DNA of 64,000 bases, from assembly GCA_028279555.1 (NCBI GenBank), contig JANQNO010000006.1:55837-119836 (forward strand), given 5' to 3'. A program made the translations under genes and the position numbers. The notes beneath the pieces were generated by a model that saw nothing but the letters and a program-made list of their open reading frames with translations, made no database searches and was not told the origin of the DNA. Positions 1 through 8,901 of the stretch are shown here, one piece after another; position 1 is the first letter of the stretch, and every line of letters begins with the position of its first letter. This stretch comes from Sphingorhabdus sp. GTDB lineage: Bacteria > Pseudomonadota > Alphaproteobacteria > Sphingomonadales > Sphingomonadaceae.

Positions 1-1
1 C

Positions 2-361
2 TTCATGGTGACAGCGCCTTTGCTCAACACGGGCGTTGCCATCGACTTGCCCGAAAGCCGTGCCGAAGCGCTGGACAGCGAGGAAGAGCCGGTTGAAATC
101 TCCGTCGACAAGGAAGGCGTAATCTATGTCGATGGCGCAGAGACGCCGCCATCTGCCCTGCCCGGCCGGCTGGAGGCAATGGCAGAGGCGCAGGACCCGG
201 CCAATCCGCGGCAGATATTGCTGCGCGGCGACACAAGCGTCAATTATGGACGCATCATGACGGTCATGGGCGAGCTCAACCGTGCCGGGCTGAACAGTGT
301 CAGTATGGTGACCAATCCGGTTACCAATTCAGCCGCAGTTCAGGGCGAGGAAGAAGAATAG
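2..361 (+). CDS. tolR: TolR/ExbD-family biopolymer transport protein, C-terminal part (5-prime end outside window)
   Basis: The frame is open to the window edge. It carries the conserved F-MVTAPLL..AIDLP motif and lies directly upstream of tolA-tolB-pal. Confidence 0.8.
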   Translation, partial: FMVTAPLLNTGVAIDLPESRAEALDSEEEPVEISVDKEGVIYVDGAETPPSALPGRLEAMAEAQDPANPRQILLRGDTSVNYGRIMTVMGELNRAGLNSVSMVTNPVTNSAAVQGEEEE

Positions 362-369
362 CGGATATT

Positions 370-1221
370 ATGGCGATGGACCGCGCAGAAGCTATCGGCC
401 TTGCTTCCACCGTCGGCGGCCACGGGCTGCTGCTCGCCGTCATTGCGCTTGGAATTTTCGGGATGGACGAGACGATAAAAAAGCCCGGCGTGCTTGATGT
501 GACGCTCTCTGGCACAGGCTCGCCGCTGCCGGTGACAGGCGAAACAGGCGACGCTATGGCCGCGCCGGAGCTAGTCGAGGAAGCGGAGCTTGAAAGCGAA
601 GCCGCTGCTGAAGATGCAAGCGAAGCCTCTGACGCTGCAGCCAAGGCCGAGGCCGAAGCTCGCCGCGCAGCAGCAGCGGCCCAGCGAGCCGACGCGACGG
701 CAGCCGAAAAACGTGCAGCCAGAGAAGCTGCGCAGCGTGCAGCGGCTAAACGCCGTGAGGCCGCCGCCAAAGCGAGGCGAGAGAAAGCGGCGCGCGAAAA
801 GGCAGCCAGGGAAAAAGCTGCAAGAGAGAAGGCTGCGCGCGAAAAGGCACAGCGGGACTTCGAGCAGGTAGGCAAGGGACTGGGCGGCAATGCCAGCGCT
901 ACACCCGGTCAGGCACGGCGCGCTGCCAGCATTTCGATCGGCTCAAAGGTCGCACCGTTGGTACGAAGTTGCGCACCGCGGACTGGTGATAATTCTATGC
1001 TCACAGTCAGTGTAACGCTTACATTCAGCCGCGATTCTAGATTGCGATCTTCTACCATTACCGGTGTAAAAGGAATCACATCCACAAATCGGCCTCAGGT
1101 CGAACCCATGAAACGCTGTGTACAGCAAGCCCTCAAACGTGCATCGCCTTACAATCTCAACCCGGCGGATTTCAACATCTGGAAACGGCACCGAGTGGCC
1201 ATAGAAGCAAACTTCAAATAG
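370..1221 (+). CDS. tolA: Cell envelope integrity protein TolA
   Basis: It has an N-terminal TM helix (GLLLAVIALGIFG), a long Ala/Glu/Lys/Arg-rich helical domain and a small C-terminal domain. It sits in tolR-tolA-tolB synteny. Confidence 0.75.
   Translation: MAMDRAEAIGLASTVGGHGLLLAVIALGIFGMDETIKKPGVLDVTLSGTGSPLPVTGETGDAMAAPELVEEAELESEAAAEDASEASDAAAKAEAEARRAAAAAQRADATAAEKRAAREAAQRAAAKRREAAAKARREKAAREKAAREKAAREKAAREKAQRDFEQVGKGLGGNASATPGQARRAASISIGSKVAPLVRSCAPRTGDNSMLTVSVTLTFSRDSRLRSSTITGVKGITSTNRPQVEPMKRCVQQALKRASPYNLNPADFNIWKRHRVAIEANFK
781..855 (+). repeat. Five tandem pentapeptide units (EKAAR x4 + EKAQR) inside tolA, each encoded with different synonymous codons
   Basis: Read directly: gag aaa gcg gcg cgc / gaa aag gca gcc agg / gaa aaa gct gca aga / gag aag gct gcg cgc / gaa aag gca cag cgg. 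Confidence 0.8.
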
Positions 1222-1229
1222 GTGATCCA

Positions 1230-2585
1230 ATGCAACTCAGACTGATCAAATTTATCTTCCTTTGTTTGCTAGTTCTTGGCACTCCAGCGGCACTATTCGC
1301 CCAGAATGTTTCGGAAGAAGATCAAGGCGAAGTCGAAGTCATCCGCGTAGATATCGAAAACAGCGTCCGCCGGATTGCCATTCCCGATTTTGCAACGCCC
1401 GCGAACGCCAATACGGCGGCGGGCGGGACGGCTGCATTGGGCGCGCAGATATCGGCGGTGATCGCCAACAATCTCTCCGGCTCCGGCCTGTTCGAGCCTG
1501 TAGGTCCGCGCGGCGTGAAAAAGGTCAGCTACCCCGAAGTGCAGGCACCGCAATATCCCTATTGGCAGGGGCGCAATGCCGACCAGCTCATCAGCGGCTT
1601 CGTCCGCGCGGAAAGCGGCGACAGGCTGACCGTGGGATGCTATCTCTATGATGTGAATTTCGGCAATGAGGTCGCGCGCGCAGGTTTTGTTGTGCCGGTG
1701 CGCGACTGGCGGCGCGCGGCGCATAAATGCGCAGACACCATCTATTCGAAGATCACCGGCGAAGCGCCTTTCTTCGACAGCCGCATCGCCTATATCGCCG
1801 AGACTGGCCCCAAAGATGCGCGCGTCAAGCGCCTGGCCATCATGGATAGCGACGGGGCCAACCACCGTTTCATTACCAATGGGCAGACAACGGCGCTGAC
1901 GCCGCGTTTCTCGCCCAACTATCGCTCCATCCTTTATCTTTCCTACCGCGACGGCAATCCGCGCATCTATGTCTATGATGTCGAAAGCGGACGGCAGCGG
2001 CTGATTACCCAGAGCCGCAACCCGACCTTTGCACCGCGCTGGTCGCCCGATGGGCAGACGATCCTCTATTCCATGGCTGTCGGCGGCAATACCGATGTCT
2101 ATAAAATCTCGGTAAACGGCGGAACGCCGCAGCGACTGACCCGCGCGCCCGGCATCGATGTCGGCGGAAGCTTTTCACCCGACGGTTCGAAAATCGTCTT
2201 CGAAAGCGACCGATCGGGCAGCCAGCAGATCTATGTGATGAATGCCGACGGGTCGAACCAGCGGCGGATCAGCTTTGGCGGCGGGCGCTTTGCCACGCCG
2301 GAATGGAGCCCGCGCGGCGACCTGATCGCCTTTACCCGCATCGGCGGCGGTTTTCGCGTCGGCGTCATGCGCACCGATGGATCGGGCATCCGCATGCTGA
2401 CCAATAGCTGGCAGGATGAGGCACCGACCTGGGCACCCAATGGCCGCGTGATTCAGTTCTTTCGGACCCAGCGCAACAGTGGTAAAACCAGCATCTGGCA
2501 AGTCGATTTGACGGGGCGGAGCGAGCGCAAGCTGCCCACACCGGTCAATGGTTCCGATCCGGCATGGGGGCCAGTGCGGCCGTAA
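1230..2585 (+). CDS. tolB: Tol-Pal system beta-propeller protein TolB
   Basis: Signal peptide followed by repeated P.WSPDG / FSPDGSKIVF WD40-like beta-propeller motifs. Synteny with pal. Confidence 0.92.
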   Translation: MQLRLIKFIFLCLLVLGTPAALFAQNVSEEDQGEVEVIRVDIENSVRRIAIPDFATPANANTAAGGTAALGAQISAVIANNLSGSGLFEPVGPRGVKKVSYPEVQAPQYPYWQGRNADQLISGFVRAESGDRLTVGCYLYDVNFGNEVARAGFVVPVRDWRRAAHKCADTIYSKITGEAPFFDSRIAYIAETGPKDARVKRLAIMDSDGANHRFITNGQTTALTPRFSPNYRSILYLSYRDGNPRIYVYDVESGRQRLITQSRNPTFAPRWSPDGQTILYSMAVGGNTDVYKISVNGGTPQRLTRAPGIDVGGSFSPDGSKIVFESDRSGSQQIYVMNADGSNQRRISFGGGRFATPEWSPRGDLIAFTRIGGGFRVGVMRTDGSGIRMLTNSWQDEAPTWAPNGRVIQFFRTQRNSGKTSIWQVDLTGRSERKLPTPVNGSDPAWGPVRP

Positions 2586-2624
2586 TTTGTGATACGGGGC
2601 AGGCAAGTTGAAGGAGAAGAAAAG

Positions 2625-3155
2625 ATGACATTTTCGAATGGCAAGATGAAGGCGGCGATATTGCTGCTTGCATCGACCGCGCTTTTGACCGCATGCGAAA
2701 AGAAGGAAGTCGATGACCTGCCGCCGCCGGCAACCGGATCGCAAGGTGCAGGAACCCAGACCGATCCCAATGCCAATGCCGTTCGCCCCGGCAGCCAGGA
2801 GGATTTCCTCGCCTCGGTCGGGTTTGGCCAGGACCGGATTTTCTTCGATACTGATCGCTACAATATCGATTCGCGCGATCAGGTCACATTGCAGACGCAG
2901 GCCCAGTGGATGGCGCGCTATCCCAATGCGCAAATCACGATCGAAGGCCATGCCGACGAGCGCGGCACGCGCGACTATAACCTTGCGCTTGGCGAACGCC
3001 GCGCCAATGCGGCCAAAAATTATCTCGTCTCGCTGGGCATCGGCGCGGGCCGCATCCGCACCGTCAGTTACGGCAAGGAGCGTCCAGAAGCGCTGGGTTC
3101 GAACGAGCAGGCCTGGTCGCAGAATCGCCGCGCGGTGACGGTGATCGTCAACTAG
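2625..3155 (+). CDS. pal: Peptidoglycan-associated lipoprotein Pal (OmpA family)
   Basis: ATG at 2625 is preceded by aaggag (2611-2616). Lipobox LLTAC and an OmpA-like C-terminus (GHADERGTRDYNLALGERRA). The track ORF start at 2589 is a GTG extension. Confidence 0.9.
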   Translation: MTFSNGKMKAAILLLASTALLTACEKKEVDDLPPPATGSQGAGTQTDPNANAVRPGSQEDFLASVGFGQDRIFFDTDRYNIDSRDQVTLQTQAQWMARYPNAQITIEGHADERGTRDYNLALGERRANAAKNYLVSLGIGAGRIRTVSYGKERPEALGSNEQAWSQNRRAVTVIVN

Positions 3156-4647
3156 GGTGGACTAGCTTGGCGCTGTGCCGCTTTTCACCCGGCGCGACCT
3201 CAACGATGGCATGGTCGAGATTGGCCCGAAGCGAACCTTCGAGGAAGGCCAATGCCCGGTCGCCATTTTCCATCTCCACGATCAGCGTCGCACCGCCCGT
3301 TCCATCGCGCGTCACAGGGCGGACATGGGTCAGGATTTTGGCGCGGCCCAAAGGGGCATGGTTGATGTCGACCGTGCCTGCCTCATAGCCGTTGATCGCT
3401 TCCCCGCGCCACGGCTGTTCGGGCTGGAAAGCGGTATAGATGCCAACCGCCTGCTTCGACATCACCCCGCCATTGGCGGTGATCATGGCCGGCTTGCTGC
3501 CATCCTTGCGCAGCGCCTGAACCATCGCCGCAATGCTGTGCATCGCATAGCCGTTACCGGGGCCGCCAAAAAAGGTCAGGCCGCCGGTCAGCGTGTAGTT
3601 GCCATGCGCTCTTTCCGCGTCTCCCATCGTGTCGACAGCGGCAAAAACCGCACAGGGAAAGCAGCTATATATGTCGACCGCACCCAAATCGCCGGCTGAT
3701 ATTCCTGCCTGCTCCAGCGCTGCGCCTGCGGCATGAGCCTGCGCATAGCTACCGGACAGGTTACGCCGCTCGCTCAACGGCGGCTCGGCCGCCTCACCCG
3801 CACCCGCCAGCCAGATCAGCTTCTCTTCGGCTATGCCCAGCTCGCGCGCCTTGCCTGCCGTGATCAGAACAAGCGCGCCGGCCAGATCGACCCGGTCCTG
3901 CGCGACCATCCATCGCCGGTAGATGCTGGTCAGCGGATAGTTGCCCTCCCCATCCGATGCCAGCGCCTCGGCGCTCCATTCGCGCGGATATTGCGCATGC
4001 TTGCGCGTCAGCGATTTTGCCGAGAAGGCCGACCAAAGCGCCGCCATCTCGGCGGTATAGTCGGTTTCGCTCATGCCCTTGTCCATGCGGCGCGCATTTT
4101 CGATCAGGCTATAGGCCAGCGGCATCGAGATAATCCCGTGCCGGATTTCCGCGCGGCTGAGTATCGGAAAGCTTGACAGGCGGTTGTCGAATTGCCGATC
4201 GGATGGCCTGTTCCAGTCGAGCGCATGCCCCTGTTTGCGAGCGCGTTTCGCTGATGCCATTGCTTCTGCCCCGGCGATTACCGCCGCATTGATCTCGCCG
4301 CGCTTGAGCGCACCCGCCAATTCGTTGACCATCGCCTGTGGAGACTGCCCGCCAATGTCGGAATAGATCAGTTTGGCTGGATTCAGGGCCGCGGCATTGG
4401 CGTAGGCTTCGGGCACATTGTCCGGCGATCCCACACCAAGCGGAACGCCGCTATCCTCGATAAGGCGTATGGCCGCCAGGCAATCGACTGCTTGCGCCAA
4501 TCCGCCCGCCTGTCCGCTATCGGCAAGCGCCGTCTTTATCGCCGCGCCCGCTAGCTCCGTCGGCGAAGGCCAATCCGCGCCAAGGCTTTGCCCGCTCGCC
4601 TCTCCAACCCCGACTATCACCGGCGCAGTATGGTCAAAATCGGGCAT
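3148..4647 (-). CDS. Thiolase-like (SCP-x/nonspecific lipid-transfer type) protein with extra C-terminal domain
   Basis: Thiolase-fold motifs are present (IVGVGE.., YSCFPCAV, GGPGNGY). ATG at 4647 is preceded by ggaga; the track start at 4662 is a TTG lying inside that RBS. Confidence 0.65.
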   Translation of the reverse strand: MPDFDHTAPVIVGVGEASGQSLGADWPSPTELAGAAIKTALADSGQAGGLAQAVDCLAAIRLIEDSGVPLGVGSPDNVPEAYANAAALNPAKLIYSDIGGQSPQAMVNELAGALKRGEINAAVIAGAEAMASAKRARKQGHALDWNRPSDRQFDNRLSSFPILSRAEIRHGIISMPLAYSLIENARRMDKGMSETDYTAEMAALWSAFSAKSLTRKHAQYPREWSAEALASDGEGNYPLTSIYRRWMVAQDRVDLAGALVLITAGKARELGIAEEKLIWLAGAGEAAEPPLSERRNLSGSYAQAHAAGAALEQAGISAGDLGAVDIYSCFPCAVFAAVDTMGDAERAHGNYTLTGGLTFFGGPGNGYAMHSIAAMVQALRKDGSKPAMITANGGVMSKQAVGIYTAFQPEQPWRGEAINGYEAGTVDINHAPLGRAKILTHVRPVTRDGTGGATLIVEMENGDRALAFLEGSLRANLDHAIVEVAPGEKRHSAKLVHPS

Positions 4648-4666
4648 TGCGTCTTTCTCCAATAGC

Positions 4667-4684
4667 TTTAATCACTTGATTAAA
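4667..4684. promoter_or_regulatory. 18-bp palindrome tttaatcacttgattaaa, candidate TetR operator (site 1 of 3)
   Basis: Near-perfect inverted repeat lying 19 nt upstream of the 4647 start, in the intergenic region divergent with the CoA-transferase. The same motif occurs at 11919 and 20024. Confidence 0.45.
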
Positions 4685-4732
4685 CCGGCGATGCAGGCAT
4701 GCAAGCACAAAGATCGCGGCAGGAGAGAAACG

Positions 4733-5953
4733 ATGGCAAAATGGCCCGAGCTGACATGGGATGAAACCCCCTCCGGCCCGCTGAAAGGTATCCGGGTGGT
4801 CGACATGGCAACGGTGGTGCTTGGCCCCTTTGCCACGCTTCAGCTTGCCGATCTCGGCGCGGAAGTGATCAAGATCGAGAACCGCGAAGGCAACACGCCC
4901 GGCGACACCATGCGCAAGGCGGGCCAATCCCCGACGGGCGAGAATGGCCCCATCTTTACGGCGCTCAACCGCAACAAGAAATTTTTGAACGTCAATGCCA
5001 AGGATGAAAAGGACAAGGCGGTTCTGCTGGCGCTGATCGAGGGCTGCGATGTCTTCATCCACAATGTCCGCATGGCGGGAATGGAGCGGCTGGGGCTGGG
5101 CTATGATGATGTGAAGGCGATCAATCCGGATATCATCTATGTGCATTGCGCCGGTTTTGGGACCGAAGGCAGCTATGGAAAGTTGCAGGCCTATGATGAC
5201 CTTATTCAGGCGGCGTCGGGCTTCGCATCGCTTACCGAACTGCGCGACGAAAAGCTGGATGATGGCAGCCCGGCCCGGCCGAGCTATGCGCCCTCTCTGG
5301 TGGCCGACAAGGTGAGCGGCATGTTTGCTGCGCAAGCCACCATGGCCGCAATCATCGCGCGGCAGAATGGCGCGGGCGGGCAATTCGTCCAGGTGCCGAT
5401 GTTCGAAAGTTTCACCTGGTTCAACATGGTCGAAAATCTCTGGGGCGAGACTTTCATCCCGGGCAATGGCAAATTCGGCTATACGCGGTCGGTCAATCCG
5501 CGGCGGCGGCCCTACCCGACCAAGGATGGCTATATCTCGATCGTTCCCTATAGCGACGCGCAGTGGGAACGCTTTTTCGAGCTTGGCGGGATCGAGGGGA
5601 TCTTCGAAGACCCGCGTTTCTCCACCTATTCCGAGCGTACCAAACATATCGGCGAACTCTATGCGATGATCGAGGAGGTCAGCGCCACGCGCACCACCGA
5701 GGACTGGATAAAGCTGCTGTCTGAAAACAATATTCCGGCAATGCGCTATAACCGGATCGAAGATGTACTGAGCGACCCGCATCTTGTGGATGTCGGCTTC
5801 TTCGAGGAACGCGATTCGGAAAGGCTGGGCAAGTATCGATCGATGCCGCATCCGATCAGCTATTCCGCAACCCCGGCCAACACCTATGCCGACCCCGGCG
5901 TCATCGATGCCGATGGCGAAGAAATCCGGGCGGCGTTGGGTCTCGAAGACTAG
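4733..5953 (+). CDS. Family III CoA-transferase (CaiB/BaiF type)
   Basis: LKGIRVVDMATVVLGPFATLQLADLGAEVIKIE is the typical N-terminus. ATG at 4733 is preceded by aggaga; the upstream part of the track ORF is a spurious extension. Confidence 0.85.
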   Translation: MAKWPELTWDETPSGPLKGIRVVDMATVVLGPFATLQLADLGAEVIKIENREGNTPGDTMRKAGQSPTGENGPIFTALNRNKKFLNVNAKDEKDKAVLLALIEGCDVFIHNVRMAGMERLGLGYDDVKAINPDIIYVHCAGFGTEGSYGKLQAYDDLIQAASGFASLTELRDEKLDDGSPARPSYAPSLVADKVSGMFAAQATMAAIIARQNGAGGQFVQVPMFESFTWFNMVENLWGETFIPGNGKFGYTRSVNPRRRPYPTKDGYISIVPYSDAQWERFFELGGIEGIFEDPRFSTYSERTKHIGELYAMIEEVSATRTTEDWIKLLSENNIPAMRYNRIEDVLSDPHLVDVGFFEERDSERLGKYRSMPHPISYSATPANTYADPGVIDADGEEIRAALGLED

Positions 5954-5989
5954 TTCTTTGAAGTTTTTGCGGGAAGTTGCCGCCGGGGA

Positions 5990-6085
5990 TCAAACCAGCA
6001 AGCCGCGCATGATCAGCTCGATCATATGCTCGCGATATTTGTCGCCCATCTCTTCGCTCACCTCCTGCTGATCATAGCAATTATT
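5990..6085 (-). pseudogene. Remnant of the 3-prime end (about 30 codons plus stop) of a tetR paralog
   Basis: Minus-strand reading gives ..CYDQQEVSEEMGDKYREHMIELIMRGLLV*, compared with the C-terminus of TetR at 8257 (..CYDQQDVSEEMRDKYREHTIELIMRGLLV*). At DNA level 73 of 77 positions are identical to 8261-8337. There is no upstream coding continuation (in-frame stop at 6107-6109). Confidence 0.6.
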
Positions 6086-6157
6086 TGACAGAGAAGAGCG
6101 CACCGCTTAGCGCGATGGTATAACATAACAATAGCTTACGAAGGCAGGACGTAACTC

Positions 6158-8251
6158 GTGCTCAGGTCCGACCCCAAAATACTGCCTTCGATAGTGGCAG
6201 CACTGGCTGCTACTTCCCCAGTCTTTGGGCAAAGCGAAGAATCTCCCGAGTTCAAGGAAGAGCTGAGATCAGAAGACCCTGGCAAAGCCGAGACCTACCC
6301 ACGCGCCTTTTTCGATACATTCTTCCCGCAGACCGCGCTGGACATGCTGGAGCGCGTACCCGGATTCACGATAGATGGCGGTTCTGATCTGCGCGGCTTT
6401 GGTGGCGGTGCAGGAAATGTACTGATCGACGGTGAGAGGCCAACTATCAAGTCTGGCGGTTTGGAGGATTTTCTTGCACGCATTCCGGCTAATGCCGTCG
6501 ATCGCATCGAGGTCACCCGTGGTGCACAGCGGGCGGGCGAGACAGCCGGGCAATCGGTCACAGCCAATGTTATACGCAAAGATGTCGGATTTTCGGGAAC
6601 ATGGTCGGCAGAGCTGGAGCGGGCTGCCGATGGATTGGTTTATCCGCGCGGTGAGGTCTCGATTACGGCACCGCTTGGCGAGTGGACCACAACGACAAAG
6701 CTCAACGGTTTCTGGGAACGCTTTCCCTGGACTGAATTTGACCGCATAACGCTTGATCCCGCGGGAAATTTGCAGTTGTTTGAGGAAGAAACTGCGCCTT
6801 CGAGCCTGGGACAAATTTATCTGGCAACCGAGGCAAAGCGCCTGCTCGGCGGCGGAACGCTGACAATCAATGGCCGCTTTGGATATAGCGATTTTGGGCG
6901 CAATACTGAGCGCCTTGGCTTTGTTGGTCGGCTGCCGGATGGACCGACTGCAGATCGCCGCACGGACATCAGGTTCGACAGCACCATTAAATTTGATGGC
7001 GAATTGAGCGTCGACTGGACCAAGAAGGTCAATAAGGACTGGTCACTCAAAATCCTGGCGCTCGGATCGATTGATGATCTTGAAGAAAGCTCTGTGAATG
7101 TGACCGAAGAACCGATCGGCCAGCCAGTCTCGGCTTCAAGATTTCAGGCTGAGGCGGTGCCGATCGAGCTTTTGTCCCGCATTACCTACGGAAAGCAAGG
7201 CGGCACATTCCGTCCGGAGTTCGGAGGTGAAATTGCCTATAATAGCCGCGACACCTTCTTTGCTCTGGAAGTCGAGGATGCCAATGGCGTACGGGCCATC
7301 GACCTGCCGGCGGCGGATGTCACGGTTTCCGAATGGCGCGGGGAAATATTTGCCAATACCAGCTGGAAATTTGCTCCCAAATGGACCGCTGAAGCGGGAT
7401 TGGGCGCAGAATTTTCCAGTATCCGGGTGACCGGAGACGCCGAGAATTCGAACAGCTTTTTCTTCGTCAAACCTTCAGCAGCCCTGACCTATGCGCCTTC
7501 CGACAAGGTGCAATTCAGGCTGGCTGCGCGGCGGACAGTCGGCCAGCTCAACTTCAGCGACTTCGCCGCATCCGCGCAGGTAGAGGATGATCGCTTGATC
7601 GGCGGCAATCCCGATCTCGGGCCCGATCAAACAACGCGTCTCAGCCTCTCGGGAGACTTTCGGATAAAAAGCGGCGCAGCGCTCAGCCTGGAGGCATTTC
7701 ACGAATGGCGTAGCGATGTTCTAGAACAAGTTATCCTTCCATCGGATGTGACCGGACTTGCTAACGCCGGAGATGCGCGCTTTTGGGGTCTGGACGTCGA
7801 TGCATCGCTTCCCCTGACCGCTATTCTTCCAGGAGCATTGTTAGAAGTGGAAGCCGAGTTTCGCGATGCCCGCTTCGTCGATCCGCTAACCGGTGATGCC
7901 CGCAAGATTACTGGCCTCCAAAGCCCCAATATCGACATTGATTTCCGGCATGACCTGACCAAAGAGCGCTTCGCCTGGGGCGTGCGCTACGAACCGCGCA
8001 TAGATATTTTTAGGTTCTTTGCGAACGAAAGCATTGAAGAAGCACGCGGCGACCGATGGACCGCTTTCATTGAAACAACGCGCTTCTTTGGCGTGAAAAT
8101 GAATCTGGAGGTCCGAAATATCGGAGGCCAGATATTTCCGCGGGAGAGGTTCATCTTCACGCCCGACCGCAGCGGCACGCTTTCCAGCTCTGAAATCCTG
8201 GAACGAACCCGCGGCGCGTTTGTAAAATTTACAGTGAGCGACCAGTTCTAG
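6158..8251 (+). CDS. TonB-dependent outer-membrane receptor
   Basis: Signal peptide, plug-domain motifs (LERVPGFTI.., NVLIDGERP, VDRIEVTRG), a long beta-barrel and a C-terminal Phe. GTG start. Visibly AT-richer than neighbours. Confidence 0.85.
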   Translation: MLRSDPKILPSIVAALAATSPVFGQSEESPEFKEELRSEDPGKAETYPRAFFDTFFPQTALDMLERVPGFTIDGGSDLRGFGGGAGNVLIDGERPTIKSGGLEDFLARIPANAVDRIEVTRGAQRAGETAGQSVTANVIRKDVGFSGTWSAELERAADGLVYPRGEVSITAPLGEWTTTTKLNGFWERFPWTEFDRITLDPAGNLQLFEEETAPSSLGQIYLATEAKRLLGGGTLTINGRFGYSDFGRNTERLGFVGRLPDGPTADRRTDIRFDSTIKFDGELSVDWTKKVNKDWSLKILALGSIDDLEESSVNVTEEPIGQPVSASRFQAEAVPIELLSRITYGKQGGTFRPEFGGEIAYNSRDTFFALEVEDANGVRAIDLPAADVTVSEWRGEIFANTSWKFAPKWTAEAGLGAEFSSIRVTGDAENSNSFFFVKPSAALTYAPSDKVQFRLAARRTVGQLNFSDFAASAQVEDDRLIGGNPDLGPDQTTRLSLSGDFRIKSGAALSLEAFHEWRSDVLEQVILPSDVTGLANAGDARFWGLDVDASLPLTAILPGALLEVEAEFRDARFVDPLTGDARKITGLQSPNIDIDFRHDLTKERFAWGVRYEPRIDIFRFFANESIEEARGDRWTAFIETTRFFGVKMNLEVRNIGGQIFPRERFIFTPDRSGTLSSSEILERTRGAFVKFTVSDQF

Positions 8252-8256
8252 CGCCG

Positions 8257-8883
8257 CTACACCAGCAAGCCGCGCATGATCAGCTCGATCGTATGCTCGC
8301 GATACTTGTCGCGCATCTCTTCGCTCACATCCTGCTGGTCGTAACAATGTTTGAGCACCTGCCGCGCATTGAAGAAGCGGTCCGCTGCACCGGTCACACT
8401 GAAATAGAACATTTGCGGGTCCACATCGCGGAACTTGCCGGCCTTCACCCCGGCATCGATCAGCTCGGCATAGGCATCCGAGAGCGGCTTCAGATAGAGA
8501 TCGGCGATCCGCTTGGCTTCGGAGGGTGCGCTGTCGCGGATCATCCGCATCAGCAGGCGGTTGAGATAGGGAAAGGCATAATAGGTATCGATGACCGCGC
8601 CGATATGCAGGCGCAATTTGTCTTCCGGTTCCATATCCTTGGCAACCAGCGCCTGTACGCCCTTGACCACATTGGTCATGTCGCGCTCGAGCAATGCCAG
8701 CATCAGCCCATTCTTGTTGCCAAAATAATATTTGACCAGCGCGCTGTTCAGGCCGGAGCGCAGCGACAGTTCGGATAGCGAGAGATCGACAGCATCACCG
8801 TCACGCATGATCTGGCATGCTGCATCAAGCAGCTGTTCGCGGGCCGACGCATTGTCGGTCACTTCATTGACATGTGTCGCCAT
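8257..8883 (-). CDS. TetR/AcrR-family transcriptional regulator
   Basis: The N-terminal HTH (LSLSELSLRSGLNSALVKYYFGNKNGL) is typical of TetR. It is the last gene of the thiolase-SDR-hydratase unit. Confidence 0.85.
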   Translation of the reverse strand: MATHVNEVTDNASAREQLLDAACQIMRDGDAVDLSLSELSLRSGLNSALVKYYFGNKNGLMLALLERDMTNVVKGVQALVAKDMEPEDKLRLHIGAVIDTYYAFPYLNRLLMRMIRDSAPSEAKRIADLYLKPLSDAYAELIDAGVKAGKFRDVDPQMFYFSVTGAADRFFNARQVLKHCYDQQDVSEEMRDKYREHTIELIMRGLLV

Positions 8884-8901
8884 CTATCCTTCCCCGAGGA
8901 T

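Noticed and set aside
778-860. Possible CRISPR or tandem-repeat array
   Set aside because: The only periodic signal is the in-frame EKAAR peptide repeat of tolA. I saw no repeat-spacer architecture anywhere in the window.
321-890. 189-aa minus-strand ORF rich in Ala/Ser/Arg, opposite tolA
   Set aside because: It is the antisense shadow of the GC- and Ala-rich tolA repeat region. It is low-complexity, has no RBS, and tolA is supported by synteny.
4418-4732. N-terminal extensions of track ORFs (4418, 2589, 9900, 14805, 22769, 25545, 29103, 30746, 31246, 37917, 38222, 42774, 44290, 46697, 52477, 55591, 63571)
   Set aside because: In each case an internal ATG with a Shine-Dalgarno-like sequence coincides with the conserved family N-terminus. 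The extension overlaps a neighbouring gene or an intergenic repeat. The revised starts are given in the features.
4634-5851. 405-aa minus-strand ORF opposite the CoA-transferase gene
   Set aside because: It is a long stop-free antisense frame, typical of high-GC coding DNA. The plus-strand product has clear family III CoA-transferase motifs, and this one has none.
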